Below, piece after piece: positions 1-40,420 of a DNA stretch of 64,000 bases; within the stretch, counting starts at the first letter, position 1; each line of letters starts with the position of its first letter. The stretch is from the NCBI GenBank assembly GCA_977016875.1, contig CDRNST010000070.1:496001-560000 (forward strand), read 5' to 3'. Both the position numbers and the translations under genes were made by a program. The DNA is from Pavona decussata. Taxonomy: Eukaryota. A model generated the notes under the pieces. That model saw only the letters and a program-made list of their open reading frames with translations. It was not told where the DNA came from and ran no database searches.

Positions 1-3
1 TAG

Positions 4-653
4 GAAATAAGCGACCTTCAAGAACAACTGGCAGATCTCATGCGTCATTTGGAGACACAGCAAGCGATAGCGAGCGTCCCTGATGAAACGAGACAGGTGA
101 ACTTGCTCTGTTTTGAATGTGTTCTTCCAGTGTATCCTTGTTTGAGTGATTGTTGCAAAATATTGTAACGATTTTTTTCTTTTGTACAACCCGATATAGA
201 ACAAGTATTTTGAACTATAGTCTCCTGTGCAGCCGTTATTAGGGTCGTCACGCAACACTTTCCCCCACTATGGTCGTCACGCAGCTTCCCCCACCAACAC
301 TGTTCGTTAGTGGGGAGATGCGTTGCGTGACGACCCTAATAACGGCTGCGAAGTAGGGCAGTGTTCAAAAGGCGTAAAGTGAACTTTTTTAGTTATTGCA
401 TCGTACTGAAGTAAGGTGTAAGGTACCGCCGAGTCTTTCACTCATTTGTATCTCAGTTTTGAAGTTGTCTCTAATAGTTTTTAACAGGGTTTTTAAATAG
501 ATTATCAAACCCTTTCCTTTGTTCCACTCTTGCACGCAATATTGATGCGTTAACATTTTTGTTCTTTTACAGGAGCTGCAAGACGGTCAAATAATTGTGG
601 GTGAAGGATCAGCTGCGACACCCCAAACGAGAAAAACTCGACGAAAGAAATAA
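4..653 (+). CDS. BRAP: BRCA1-associated protein (BRAP/IMP), last two coding exons (4-96, 573-653); gene starts upstream of the window
   Basis: tag|GAA...CAG|gtgaac exon gives EISDLQEQLADLMRHLETQQAIASVPDETRQ; ttacag|GAG...TAA exon gives ELQDGQIIVGEGSAATPQTRKTRRKK*. This resembles the remembered vertebrate BRAP C-terminus (EIQEQLRDVMFYLETQQKINHLPAETRQEIQEGQI...basic tail). Both exons are multiples of 3. Confidence 0.85.
229..349. mobile_element. Short palindromic MITE in the last BRAP intron
   Basis: Perfect 28-bp inverted repeat: gcagccgttattagggtcgtcacgcaac (229-256) / gttgcgtgacgaccctaataacggctgc (322-349). Confidence 0.7.
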
Positions 654-2454
654 CATAAACGAAGACAAATTTTGAGATATTTATAAGTAGAATGCTCAAC
701 AAACGTCGAGTATGTCTGCTTCGCTTTTCGTGAACCCGACCGTTACCGGAGACATTTTAACTCAGTAGGGCGCTGTGAACTTGGCCCAGGACTGAATTGG
801 AGCAGGTTTTCTTCGAGTAAAACTCGTGGCAAGACACATTACTGCCTTTTAGTTTTGCTGAGCAGAAATGCCAATATCAGTAGCTGAAATCTCTCCTTCA
901 GTGCGAGTTCACTTCGAGCAGAGATCGCTGGGAAAAGTGCAAGATGAATTTCTGCTGAAATGCAGTCGCCAGGACTAAATCTTAAATTGGTTTATAAACC
1001 TCGACCCTACGCTGTACAAGCTGGTTCCATCTTTTGAGTTTCTGACAGAAATCTGCACGTCACCATTAAAACGAAAACTACCATGTGGTAGCTCTATGAG
1101 ATGCTGTTTGTTTCTCGATGTTATAAAATTAAATTTGGGTTGAACTGAATATTTCCTCGAAAGTAATGTTTTAAGAAATATGTCAGTCACAATGATATAC
1201 ACGATGGTCGAAATGAGCAATGGCAAGACAGTTGATTGTTGTCGTCCGGATAAGCAAGAAGTTATTTACATGATAGGACAATTGTAAAACAAAAATGTAT
1301 AATAAAAGAATTGACTTGAAAGTTTTGTTGGCTAGGCTGCACCATTCTCCACAGGAACCCTAATTTTATAACCCAGTGGAGCCTAGGCGGATTTTTCAAC
1401 GAGTCGCTGTGGTTTGTTGCGATTATTTTGGTAACTGGTTGTGGACGAGCTCGGAGTGTCATAAGTGCCGTTCGACACTGGCAATTTTAAGCGCTATTTC
1501 AACTCGGCCGCGTAGAATACCGGTGATTTGCGCTGCCATTTCACGGTGATTTCATGTCGATAAGACAACGCATGCGATGTCGTCTTAAGGGTGCCCTGAA
1601 ATCACGAAAGTAAAGCCTCGCAAATTGAAGGGTTGGTCGAATTTGCTACTTGATTAAGTTGGCACGAAAAGTTACAATTTAGTTTAAACCGGTTAAGTCC
1701 AAAAGATATTTTAATGTACTAAGATTTCTACAAAAACAAAGAAACTAACAGGATCACATCTGGTTGTTCACAATAAAGGTTAGACTAGAAAACTTGTTTG
1801 CACTTTCCCCGTTGATTATATACAAAAGCACACACACTCTTTACATCAAAGCAAGAAGATAGTTAATGCTTCCTTGTAAAAAAGCATGTGGGTTACACAA
1901 GTGTATCATCATCGCTGTGTAAAGGCAATTTACAAAACAAAGATAGTTTCGACTGCACAGATTGACAACACAAAATCCTAACTACGTTTCCCATGAGAAC
2001 CTTTCACAGATCGACTTAGCTGGTCAAATTATGAGCTGCAAACTGCAGGTGTACCGTATTTATCTTAAAATACTAACAAAACGTGCATGGCTGGTATTGT
2101 TTCGTGTGCAGTTGCATGCCATAAGCATCAGTTGGCATGAAAAGGTTGCGCTAGCATTTTTCCGTCATTTTGTGCGCAAAAACAGGGTGGTCCGCTACCG
2201 TGGAATTTCCAACTTATCTGGAGATCGCCCTGGCATATCAGCTACTACACAATTTTGGCCATTGCACTATTTAACCTCCTAAGCTTGCGGTCATTTTTTA
2301 AGATTTAAATTAAAGCAATTGAGAAGAACTTTCGCGCAGCGTTGGTTATTTGCAAATTCTTTGCAATAACAAACTTTAGATTTTCGCATTTGTTTGCTTG
2401 ACCACTATAAGTTGGTGCATCGACTTTCCCAGTACAGCTTATAGACTGGGCAAG

Positions 2455-29226
<26,772 letters not shown>

Positions 29227-29653
29227 AATGGCGGAAAGCTACACAACAAAACCTGCAAACACAATCGCAAAACAGCACAGGTTACAATCCGCATCTCCAG
29301 TAGCCCCGCCAAATTCCAAAGTAAACAATAAGAGCTTCAATTACCTGAAAAAGAGTTTCCTTTCTTTGCAATTTGCAGGAAAATTTGATTCTAACGTTGA
29401 CACTACGAAACGTGCACGCTGTCCGCCATGTTGTTACGTCACGGCCCTGCAAAAACTGAAAAGCGCTCCCGCAGATTGGTTTGAAGGCGAGGCTCGAAGC
29501 GGGAGAATATCCCACAATCCAACACGGGATAATCTCGACACTGGCGCATGCTCTTTATCCGTGTGTTCTTCACCGACGTGGCGTTTGGACAAAGGATTTC
29601 ATGTGGAGAGTTCACCGGTTGAAAACAGCTTTATCCAGCCTTTAGGGACAATT
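29227..29653. promoter_or_regulatory. Bidirectional promoter PRPF8/TMED2
   Basis: 427 bp between divergent ATGs; CpG-richer than flanking introns. YY1-like ccgccatgtt (29423-29432), CRE-like ttacgtca (29434-29441), CCAAT (gattgg 29474-29479), ZNF143-like tcccacaatcc (29510-29520), NRF1-like gcgcatgctc (29544-29553), UPRE-like gacgtgg (29575-29581). Possible PRPF8 5'UTR intron (donor 29344, acceptor 29239 or 29253). Motif assignments are by eye. Confidence 0.7.
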
Positions 29654-32497
29654 ATGGCTTCTTTTCGTTTAGAATTGTGTTCAATATTATTTGTACTCCT
29701 CTTTGAGGTCTCATTTGGCTATTTTATAACGATCGACGCACATGCAGAAGAATGCTTTCACGACCAAGTTACATCTGGAACCAAGATGGGTCTCATATTT
29801 GAAGTAGCGGAAGGTGGCTTCTTGGACATCGATGTTACGGTAAATAACACATTTCGAGAATCCAAGGGTTCCAGTATTAAATATAGTTTAGATATAACTG
29901 CTCAATAACCTCGGCGAATCTTAACAATCAATTTACCTGTATAGGCTCAAATCAAGATAAAATTTTTATCATGTGCAGCCTGTGTCATAGTTTCTCCAAA
30001 AAAACAAAAACGTTTGTCGTGTTACTGTTTCAATTTCCATTGATAGAGATTTTCAGAATGTCGCTGACATTTTCAGTAATAAACTAAGCTTATTTTGTTG
30101 AAATGTAGGCTACAGTGTTTAATTCATACATGTACCTACTGCAGTTAAGAAGCTTAACGTGTCTTTTAAGTGACTTCCAGTGAAAAGATGTGCCATTTAA
30201 ATTTTACCCACCCACCCCCCTCCCCCCCCTCTCTTCTCTTTGATAAACCTCTGGGCCTGGTTGTCTAAGCCAATTAATGCTAATTCCCGATTAAAAATTA
30301 TGCAAGGTTTTCATCTCGTTTATGAAAAATGTTTTTAAAAGCTAATTTCAAGCTTAAGGTAAAGAAAAGTCTAAATCAAAATTGACCAACAACAATATTT
30401 TCGAAGACTCTCTATTGATTAATCTTGAATCAAAGTTCAAGTTAACCCAGGATTAGCTTAATCAGGCTTTGAACAACTATGCCCTGTTCCCTTTATATAT
30501 GGTATCTAAACCTTTTTGCATAATTGCAAACACATTGATAAGACACCCTCCATGGTATCGATGCTCCATATACTACAGACACCACATAAAATACAGAGAA
30601 CAGTTTACCTAATGCCATAAAAGATGTGAAGTAAACGGACGTCTTCATTTGAAGAAATCACAGAATGAGGTTTCTTGTTGGGCAAAATAGAGTGACAGTA
30701 ATAACTTAACAGGTGGTCGTAAACTAGGGTTCCAGTGTACATGCAGTTCTCTAATGGGAATGAGATCTAGAGGGAGGATGCTGGTCATCCGAGAAACACA
30801 TCCCAACTGTGGATATAAAAATCTATTTTTCCTTTCTTACATTGGTGACCATTTACATGAATAATGAGAAAATTTATATTTGAAAATTCAGATATATTCA
30901 TCATTCTTTTAGAAAACTTGCAAATCAATGCAGGTATGCGGCTAAGAAAAAGCTCAGCAGGCAAATTTAATTAAACCCCGCTGGCTCTTTTGAACTGTGC
31001 ATGTTTAAAATTAGCCTGAAGTACTGGTGTTCTGTTAAAATTTCAGACTTTGAAATTCGTCAGTAGCTGGGCCTTAGAAACATCCCTATCAATGTGGGCT
31101 ACCATACACATTATTATGGTCCACATTCCTCTTCCTATTTGATTTTTAGTCGTATTTTTTTACAAAGTTTATTTTATGATGTCAAGATGTATGCAGAATG
31201 TTAATATAATTTGCACCTTTTCCTTTTCGTATGTCAGATAAGAGGTCCAGATCAAAAAGTTATTTACACAGGAGAAAGGGAGACCAATGGAAAGTATGCA
31301 TTTGCAGCATACATGGATGGGACATACCATTACTGTTTTAGCAACAAAATGTCCTCCATGACACCCAAAATAGTCAAGTTCTCAATGGACCTGGGAGAGC
31401 CACCTAAAGACACCAGTAAAGAGGAAGGTGAGAGGCATTAGTAGACAGAGAGACAGAAAAACTGATTCTTCAAAGTCCTCAAAATGGAACATTCTGAGAG
31501 TAGTGTGTGCCATTTTGAAGCAATTAAAAAAAAAGTGGCGCACAAACTGTCGTTTAAATTGGTGCATTCCGTTTGCAAAATATTGAACTGGTCAGCCAGT
31601 TCTGACAAGTGGAAGGTGCCCAAGGCACATTCAGTTATAATGGGTAATGTTAGTTGTTACTGGTTATGACTTTTAATGACAATCCTGACCCTGCTATTTT
31701 GCAACTACAAGAGCTGTCACAGAACAGGGTAACAATTTTATTTTCTGTTTTTATTAGGTGCCCATCATGATAAGTTAAGTGAGATGATTGGTCAACTATC
31801 TGAGGCAATGACAGGAGTCAAACACGAGCAAGAATACATGGAAGTTAGAGAACGAATCCACAGAGCAAGTGAGTAAAAAACATTCCCTTTCAGTAAAAAA
31901 TGTTGTCATGGGTAGTTTTAAAGTAGCTTCCCTCATACATCTAATCTTTATCATTGTCCCATATGATTGGTCATACCACATTAACTTTTCATAGTTTTCT
32001 GTGTAAAATATTATTAATAGTAAGCACCCTTGAATTTCAGTTATCTGAAACAAATAATTGTTTTCTTCAATGTTAAAAGGAACAGAATTCTACAGTTTTA
32101 ATTACTATTTTGTATTTACATGTACATGTATTTTCTCACTTGTTGCCCATACTGCAAATATTTAGTTTTTGATGGGACTTTATGTTCCTTGAAAAACTGT
32201 GATTGCATCTTGCATTCACACATTAAGTTAATCTTTATTCATCTCCACGTCTCCACATAATGCAATAGAATTCGCACATAATTGGTTTTACTTTGCAAAC
32301 TTAATTATTCTTGCTGCTTCACTTGTAAAGAGTTTTTAGGTTTTAACAGTGTTTCTCTTTCTCACTCTACAGTCAATGACAATACAAACAGCCGTGTAGT
32401 CTGGTGGTCCTTCTTTGAATCCCTTGTACTTGTTGCCATGACACTAGGACAAGTTTTCTACCTTAAACGATTCTTTGAAGTCAGAAGAGTGGTATAA
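29654..32497 (+). CDS. TMED2: Transmembrane emp24 domain protein 2 (p24 beta), 4 exons (29654-29839, 31238-31427, 31758-31868, 32373-32497), 203 aa
   Basis: Signal peptide, then [13 protein letters not shown]...[20 protein letters not shown] (GOLD domain), coiled coil [18 protein letters not shown] segment and diagnostic tail [12 protein letters not shown]; GT-AG introns with consistent phases. Confidence 0.96.
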
Positions 32498-35342
32498 ACT
32501 GTTGACGCTCATTTCTAGAAATTCAAAAACTGTACCATACTGTACAATAAGCAGGCCATGGTTGTTTGAGAGCAGATTAATTCTAATCTTGGATTAAAAG
32601 CATTTACACTTTCAATTTTATTTCCAACATTAAACATAAAGCTGGCAAAGTTGTAAAATTTTTGGCAAAAGAATGACTTTTGTTTAGTATTTTAGTTAAC
32701 TTTTTTCTGTTTTGAGCATGGAACTACAGATTTCATAACAGTTTGCAACCTGTTACGTTCTGTTCACTAGTCTGGTGCTCTGACTTTTAACTTGTAAAAT
32801 TTGAAAAATTGAATTGGCACTTATTGACTGATCAGCTTTATTTTGCTTTCAAAAACCTAGTCCAAACTATGTATCACAAATTATGTATCACAAAACCAGC
32901 CAGAATTGGATCTTTTTTGTAGTCTGTAAAGTACCTTTGCGGCCACTTAGGCCTAATCTTCAAACAGCAGCTAAAAGGTCCTAAAGTCAACATTCAAGTT
33001 CTCCTTTAAGTGGACATCCTCAGGACAAGGTTTATCTCTCCACCTTAGAGGTATCCGCTGTAAAGAGAGTTAAATTACAGACAGCCAAGTAAAATCTCTC
33101 TGGACTAGCCCACTTGTTGGTGTCTGTCTTAGAGTTTGTCTTATAGTGAGTCCAATGTACTGTTAGTCTACTGGGGCCAGCCAAGTGAATTGAAGAATCT
33201 TTGACTGCTTAATTAAAACACTTGGCACATTGGGATTTCAAAGTAATTGACTTTATTTTGGGTGTGTTTCTTGGGACATATTCCAGCTATTCAGAATCAA
33301 ATTCCTCGAAATCTTTCTTATCCCAAGTCCAAATGTTTAATTTAAAAAAAATTCATTGTTTACAATGATGGGGTTACTTCACCCCATGCTACTGAAACCT
33401 GGATTGAAGGTCAATGATTACAGTGGAAATCTAGCTGCTGTGAACACCTTTAATTGCAAGCTTGTTTTGATGGCCAGAACTTTATGCTAAGGTAGGTTTT
33501 CCCTTTTCTAAAACCCCACTTTATGCTGAATATGTCCCAAAACAACACACCACTTATCAACTTTTCCACAATTATCACAATCTTTAACTGTTTTCGTTTT
33601 TGCTAACATAAGTGTAATTCAGAAAAAAAAAATATATCGAACATGTACCACATTGAGTCAAGTTTGAGTTTAGGAGGTAGTGAAAAAGTTACCTTAAATG
33701 ATATTTGTTGTTCAAAGGTGTTGAAAAATTTAGCCCTCAAGTCCAAGAGTGTGGAAATTATCAGGGGTTACCTTTTAAAACATTTCTATTTATCTTGAAC
33801 AAATTCATTGTTGGTAGTTTTTTATGTTGTCACTTTCTGTGCTATTCAAAGTGCAGGGTAACTGCACCTTTCAATAACATGCGGGCTCTGAAGTTTAAGA
33901 TTCAACCAACTGCTACGTTTTTCACTTCCATCAATCATTCTAAGAAAACAAACGTTTGGCTGAACTGTGTCAAAAGGTCATGTTTGTGCGCTGTGATTGC
34001 CAGATTTCGATCGACTTTGTCAGTTTTTGTATTTTTGCAGTCAGTGGTTTGTCACTGTAATTATGATTGACAGCAGTAAAACATGCAAATTGAAGTTCAG
34101 AGTCCTTATGTTATTGAAAGGCACAGTAAAAAGATTGCACTGTGCTTCTTTTAGGCCATCCTCATAAAATATTACATTTCCCATTGTACTCTCTCTACTT
34201 GTGACAGTACATCGGTTGGTTAAAAAAATGAGACAGGCTGCAAAAAAGAAAGATAGAGAAATAAAATTCAAGTGCACCTTGATTTGTATATTCTCTGTGA
34301 TTGCCATTTTGTACATTCAAACCAATATCATTCAGAAAGTGTTTGAAGACGTTATAAGGGCTGATCAAGATACCAGGGTCATTTAAAGGAATACACAAAG
34401 CATTTTGTAATTGGAAATCAGACTTCAATTGGGTTAGTTGGAAAATATCCTCCCTCGTAGATGCTCTTTTGGCTTGTCACGCAATCTTTCCTCGTTCTCG
34501 AGGAAAGATTGCGTGATGAGCTAAAAGAGTGTCTGCAAGGTAGCCTAGTTGGAAAATGGGAAATGAAAATTTTATGGGTATGGCGTCAGTCTATATCAAC
34601 AAACAAAAATTTTATATGCACCTTGCCTGTTTCACTGTCAGAATTCATGTATACTAAGCAATTTTAGTCAACCTGATGTCTTTAAAATTTTTGCTGGTTG
34701 TAGAATTTGTGAAATCGTCCAAACTGGCCAGCTTTCACATTGACCAACCAAAAAATAAATGATTTTGAGTAAACTAGAGTACGTTATAATCACCCTATAT
34801 TTTATTTATGGAAGCAAATACGTTAAGTCGTTTTCTTTTCTAACTTGGTTTAATTTTTGGGAACATTTCACCATGTCTGAAAATGATGAAATTAAAACCA
34901 TGTAAATTTTAAAGGCGTTAGGGTAAGTTTGTCGTGAGAAAAATCCCTTTGAATGAGATTGTCAATTCATTGTAGTACTACTACAAAAGGCAGTGTGATA
35001 GGTATTTGAGAATGGCATCCATTTCATACTGGTTTATTGCTCATTTTGCCAGAGTTAAAGTTATTAAAATTGACAGAGTACTTTCAATCTTAACACTTTG
35101 TGGTGGTAGTTTTTTCTTTAGCAAGTATTGGCGGCATCTCAAAGACACAGGCAGTTAGTCAAGGTGGGACAAAGTAAGTAGCAAAAGTTTCCATGATTAT
35201 CAATTACTTCATCCCACCCTAACTGCCCTTGAGTCTCTGAAGATGAACTGACAAGGCCTGAGCATTATGATCGGTCCTCGTGTTTGGGTAGCCTTATTCC
35301 AAGATCCAAGGTACAGGCTAGCATAGCAGATGGTATTGTTAA

Positions 35343-35725
35343 AGGGGCACTGTCACTATGATTTTGCTGGATTTTAATCAAAACGACACAAATATTTTAC
35401 AAAGAACGGTTTTGCTGACATGAAATTGCTCTTAGAGCACCGGGAAGAAAATATTTAGTGAATTCTCGCAGGAAAAACTATAAAATTATCCGTTTTGAGT
35501 TATTTCTCCAAAATACACAGGTAGATATTGAAAAAATTGGTCAATTTTTTCTAGATGCAATCTATTTCTATCCTATCCATCCGCAGCCAAGGATAATTAA
35601 TGCCAGTTTCTGTGCACCAATAGGGTTATTGTTAATAAAACTGAACCATTATGTCAACGATTCCACCTATTCAAATAGGGTTTTGGGCCATTCGAAGTAA
35701 CACAAAAATCGGTGACACTGCCCCT
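35343..35725. mobile_element. Non-autonomous Kolobok-like DNA transposon (TTAA TSD); related element ~58697-59070
   Basis: TTAA|aggggcactgtcac ... gtgacactgcccct|TTAA, 13/14 TIR match. Confidence 0.7.
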
Positions 35726-36356
35726 TTAACACAAATGCAATGTTCAGCAGCAGATCCACTAATGTGGCTAGCATTTTTACGTCCTTGAGGCTCTTGTCAC
35801 TCATTTACTCAAACTCTGCCTTTCAATAAACCGTAATACAGCCAGTCACATGATCTCCTGGGGGGGGGGGGGGAGGTACTCGCCCATATAAGCTATACTG
35901 GTATGTGCAGGGCCAAAGGGTATGGATTTTGAGCCGCTTTAGTCTGGAATAGGGTATAGATTCTACCCCATTTTGGTCTGACAGACTAAAAACAGGTATG
36001 GATTCTAGGAGCATCTTAAAATGGGTATGAATTTTAGAAGTCAGGTCTGACAACGGGTACTGGAAAATTACATATTTTGGTCCGAAATAGGGTCAGGGTT
36101 TTGAGAACTGAGCCATACACCCCCATCATCGGCATCCTTCCTTCCGATTAGGATTAGTTTTTGCTAGGCGCTATTCTTGTGAGGGGCAAAGGGGGACCAG
36201 GCAAGAAACAGAAATAACATTGCTAGAGGGAGACAGGTGGTGGACTACCTGGGAGAAGGGGGCACCTTCTCCCTTTCTTCTCCCTTTGTACCCTGGCTGA
36301 AATAGGATGTATGGAAAAATCTTTCACTCCTCGTGGGATAGTCAGATAGCTTTAAG

Positions 36357-36755
36357 TGTTAGTTGTCCCTAAAGGGGATGACCAAACCTCAAATTAGTTT
36401 TAACAGAGGAGACAGTTTTAATTCTATTTATAGTTACATTTACGACAGATGAGAGGAATGATTGTGAAACTCAAACTTTTACTGATTGAACATTTACTGC
36501 ATTCTCTAAAATAAGCTGTTGATAAATAACTTAACAGATAACATAATTCTGCTACAAGGACTCGAGTCATAAAGACTGAAAATGAAACTAAAACAACTTA
36601 TTAAGCAAAAGCTAGCTTAAAATGAAAGGGGGTTGTGGAACAACAGCTGGGTGAAAAACCTCCCCGTACGTCCACTCGCTCCTAGGAGGAAAACCCCGGG
36701 CCAGCTGAACCCCCAATCTAAGACCTCCCGGGCTGGGCCAAAATGAAACACAACA
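36357..36755. repeat. Possible solo LTR or other insertion
   Basis: TGTT...AACA ends and a GC-rich subterminal block. No exact TSD at those ends; an atagct direct repeat lies nearby (36346-36351, 36755-36760). Confidence 0.3.
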
Positions 36756-38129
36756 TAGCTAATGTATGGAAAGGATTACTAGGTTTACTTAGTTTGCTTT
36801 AAGTTAAAAAAAATAGCATTCACGGACAAAATATCTTTCACTTGTTATCACTTAGCCAAAGAAACATGTCGTTTCCAACACTGAAAGGTTGAAACAACAA
36901 GACCAGCTGCCAGGGTTGCCATTCATCAGGATAAAACAGAAAAGTTTTAACAGGATAAAAAAAAGTTCCCTAGCTGCAGAAATAAATTCGTTCACAAATA
37001 TTTTTGAAACGATATTACCTTATCCAACTCTTTTGCAAACCTTTTGGATAGAGGAAAATAAAATCCCCTGATTTGATGCAAAATTCGCTGAGTTTTCCGT
37101 GACCTTGAAAAAATCTTTCTTTTCCTGACTGTGGCAAACCTGACGACCAGTTGCACTGACTACCCTATTCCTGGTGAACACCTTTAACTCTTTCACTCTG
37201 GAGTTTGAAATTGGAAAAATTTATGTTGTTTTCTGAACTTAAAACCAGCTACACATTAGCCTTCATTGGAGTGATCACCCTCTAGGATTTAATTCACGTG
37301 CCCACTATAATAAACAGCACCAGGCCACAGAAAAGTGCTAAGTAGTAGCTTTCAATTGAATGGTCACACTTAAGGATTTCATCTACAGACTCGAAAATTA
37401 CGACATCAAACACAGCTCTCAGTTCTTGAATCTGGAAGCGAAAGAGTTAAAAGCATAGAGAACTGATGTGAATCCATATTCACATCAAACAAATTTACTT
37501 TACATTATGCAAGCCTCACTTGTGAAACACAAAGCTGTAAAGTTTGTCAGTCTAACGAATTCTAGAAGCAGAAAAGTTAAAAAGAAACACGCAAAAACCC
37601 TATCTCGCGAAAGGTTAACAACTAGGAACATGTGTCTGTAAGCGAGGATTGGTAGTACTTTTTTAGTCGGTGACATATATAATATGTACAAAATACCTAC
37701 TCCCTCTGTGCAAATCAAGGCCACAGACATCTTGCGAAGGTAGCGAAAATCATCCTGATTTAAAAATTCCATAACCTCTTGCAATGATTTTTCTCATTTT
37801 AGTAAAAGTAAAGGGAGAATTTTGACTCTGGCCTACAGTACATTTAGGGTTAAAATTTATCAAGTCGTACCACATCTCTATATTGTATTGTGTGTCTAAT
37901 GCTAATAAAAATCTTTTAAAAAAAAATTTCACGTCTCGCACTCAAATTTTTTTTGCAATTAGACATGTATTTTTATTGTAGCGAAACTTTCATTTAAATC
38001 ATATGCATATGCATATTTTCTCTCGCACAGTACAGTTCAGTATCACGAAACATACTTTACGTACTTAACTAATTAACGACCATGTGCGCACCCTTAAATC
38101 CTGCATTAATGTTATCACATCATTCTATC

Positions 38130-40420
38130 TTAACAAAATTAGTTATTTGCTAACACGTGCACTCTTCTAATCTTACTGCATCATCCCTTCTTAATTCAAT
38201 TATAAGTTGTTTGCTAACACGCGCACTCTACTAATCTTATATAATCATCATCATCCCTTCTTAATTCAATTGTAATATGTTTGCTAACAAGCGCAAACTA
38301 TTAATATTATATAAACATCACCATCCCTTCTTAATTCAGTTATAAGTTGTTTGCTAACACGCGCAATCTATTAATATTATATAAACACCAGCATCCCTTC
38401 TTAATTCAATTGTAAGTTGTTTGCTAACACGCGCTGTCTATTAATATTATATAAACACCAGCATCCCTTCTTAATTCAGTTATAAGTTGTTTGCTCACAC
38501 GCGCACTCTACTTATCTTATATAATCATCATCATCCCTTCTTAATTCAATTGTAAGTTGTTTGCTAACACGCGCTGTCTATTAATATTATATAAACACCA
38601 GCATCCCTTCTTAATTCAGTTATAAGTTGTTTGCTAACACGCGCACTCTACTTATCTTATATAATCATCATCATCCCTTCTTAATTCAATTGTAAGTTGT
38701 TTGCTAACACGCGCAATCTATTAATATTATATAAACATCACCACCCCTTCTTAATTCAATTGTAAGTTGTTTGCTAACACGCGCAATCTATTAATATTAT
38801 ATAAACATCACCACCCCTTCTTAATTCAATTGTAAGTTGTTTGCTAACACACGCTGTCTATTAATATTATATAAACACCAGCATCCCTTCTTAATTCAGT
38901 TATAAGTTGTTTGCTAACACGCGCACTCTACTTATCTTATATAATCATCAGCATCCCTTCTTAATTCAATTGTAAGTTGTTTGCTAACACGCGCAATCTA
39001 TTAATATTATATAAACATCAGCATCCCTTCTTAATTCAATTATAAGTTGTTTGCTAACACGCGCACTCTACTTATCTTATATAATCATCATCATCCCTTC
39101 TTAATTCAATTATAAGTTGTTTGCTGACACGCGCAATCTATTAATATTATATAAACACCAGCATCCCTTCTTAATTCAATTATAAGTTGTTTGCTAATAC
39201 GCGCAATCTATTAATATTATATAAACATCATTATCCCTTCTTAATTCAGTTATAAGTTGTTTGCTAACACGCGCTGTCTATTAATATCATATAAACATCA
39301 TCATCCCTTCCTCATACAATTATAAGTTGTTTGCCAACACGCGCAATGTATTAATATAATATAGACTTCATCACTTCTTAATTCAATTATAAGTTGTTTG
39401 CTAACACGCGTAATCTTTTAATATTATATAAACATCAGCATCCCTTCTTAATTCAATTATAAGTTGTTTGCTGACACGTGCAATCTATTAACATTATGTA
39501 AACATCAGCATCCCTTCTTAGTTTAATTATAAGTTGTTTACTAACATGCGCAATCTATTTATATTATATAAACATCACTATCCCTGATTAATTCAATTAT
39601 AAGTTGGCTTTTAACACGCGCACCCTACTAATCTAATATAAACATCACCATTTTCTCTTAATTCAATTATAAGTTGTTTGCTAACACATGCACTATACTA
39701 ATGTTTTGAATAAACATCACCAACCCTTCTTTATTCAATAACAATTGTTTGCTAACACGCGCACTCTACTAATCTTATAAACACATCTTATTGTAATATA
39801 ACCATTTCTACTTAATTTATCAGGTGTTTAGTAACATGCGCTTTCTATTAATCTTATACAGTAATACCATCCCTTCTTAGTTCATTCATAGATGTTTAGT
39901 AGCACGCGCGCTCTGTTAATCTTATATAAACAGGGGCACTCAGTACTTAACTTATACAAACTTAACCATCCCTCCTTACTTCAACGACTTATAATTATTA
40001 TAAGTTGTTTACAAACTCACGCACTCTATTAATCGTATATAAACATCACCATCCCTTCTCAATTTGTTCTCTGCTCGTTGCCACACACTATTAAATCTTA
40101 CAGAAAAATAACATCCCTTCTCTATAAATTTAGTTGTTGTTTGCTAGCATGCTCTCTTATATCTTATGTGCACATCATTCTTTCAGTTATTTGCTAACGC
40201 GCGCACATCTTATATAAAGATCACCAATTCCCTTTTTCTTTGCTGACATGCACCCTTCCTTCCAATCCGATCGATGCTTATAGTCCCTTTTTGCAGAAAA
40301 ATTTGATTAAAGTTTTTGCTAACACGTCCATGCTTTTAAATGTTACAAAAATATCACCTATTCTCACCCGTTTATGAATCAATTGTTTACTTACACTCAC
40401 ACTCTCCTAAATCTTCACCT
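38130..40420 (+). repeat. 70-bp minisatellite, ~22 well-conserved units plus a degenerate right flank
   Basis: t(a/g)taagttgtttgctaacacgcgc recurs at 38201, 38271, 38341, 38411 ... 39321 (exact 70-bp period), then at ~39388, 39458, 39528, 39598, 39668, decaying to ~40400. Confidence 0.95.

Noticed and set aside
660-2450. Short ORFs between BRAP and PRPF8 as an extra gene
   Set aside because: No recognisable protein or coherent exon chain; better explained as convergent 3' UTRs (AATAAA at 1301 and 1772 on +).
38130-40420. CRISPR-like array
   Set aside because: Units are wholly repeated with only point variants; there are no unique spacers and no cas genes, and the context is eukaryotic.
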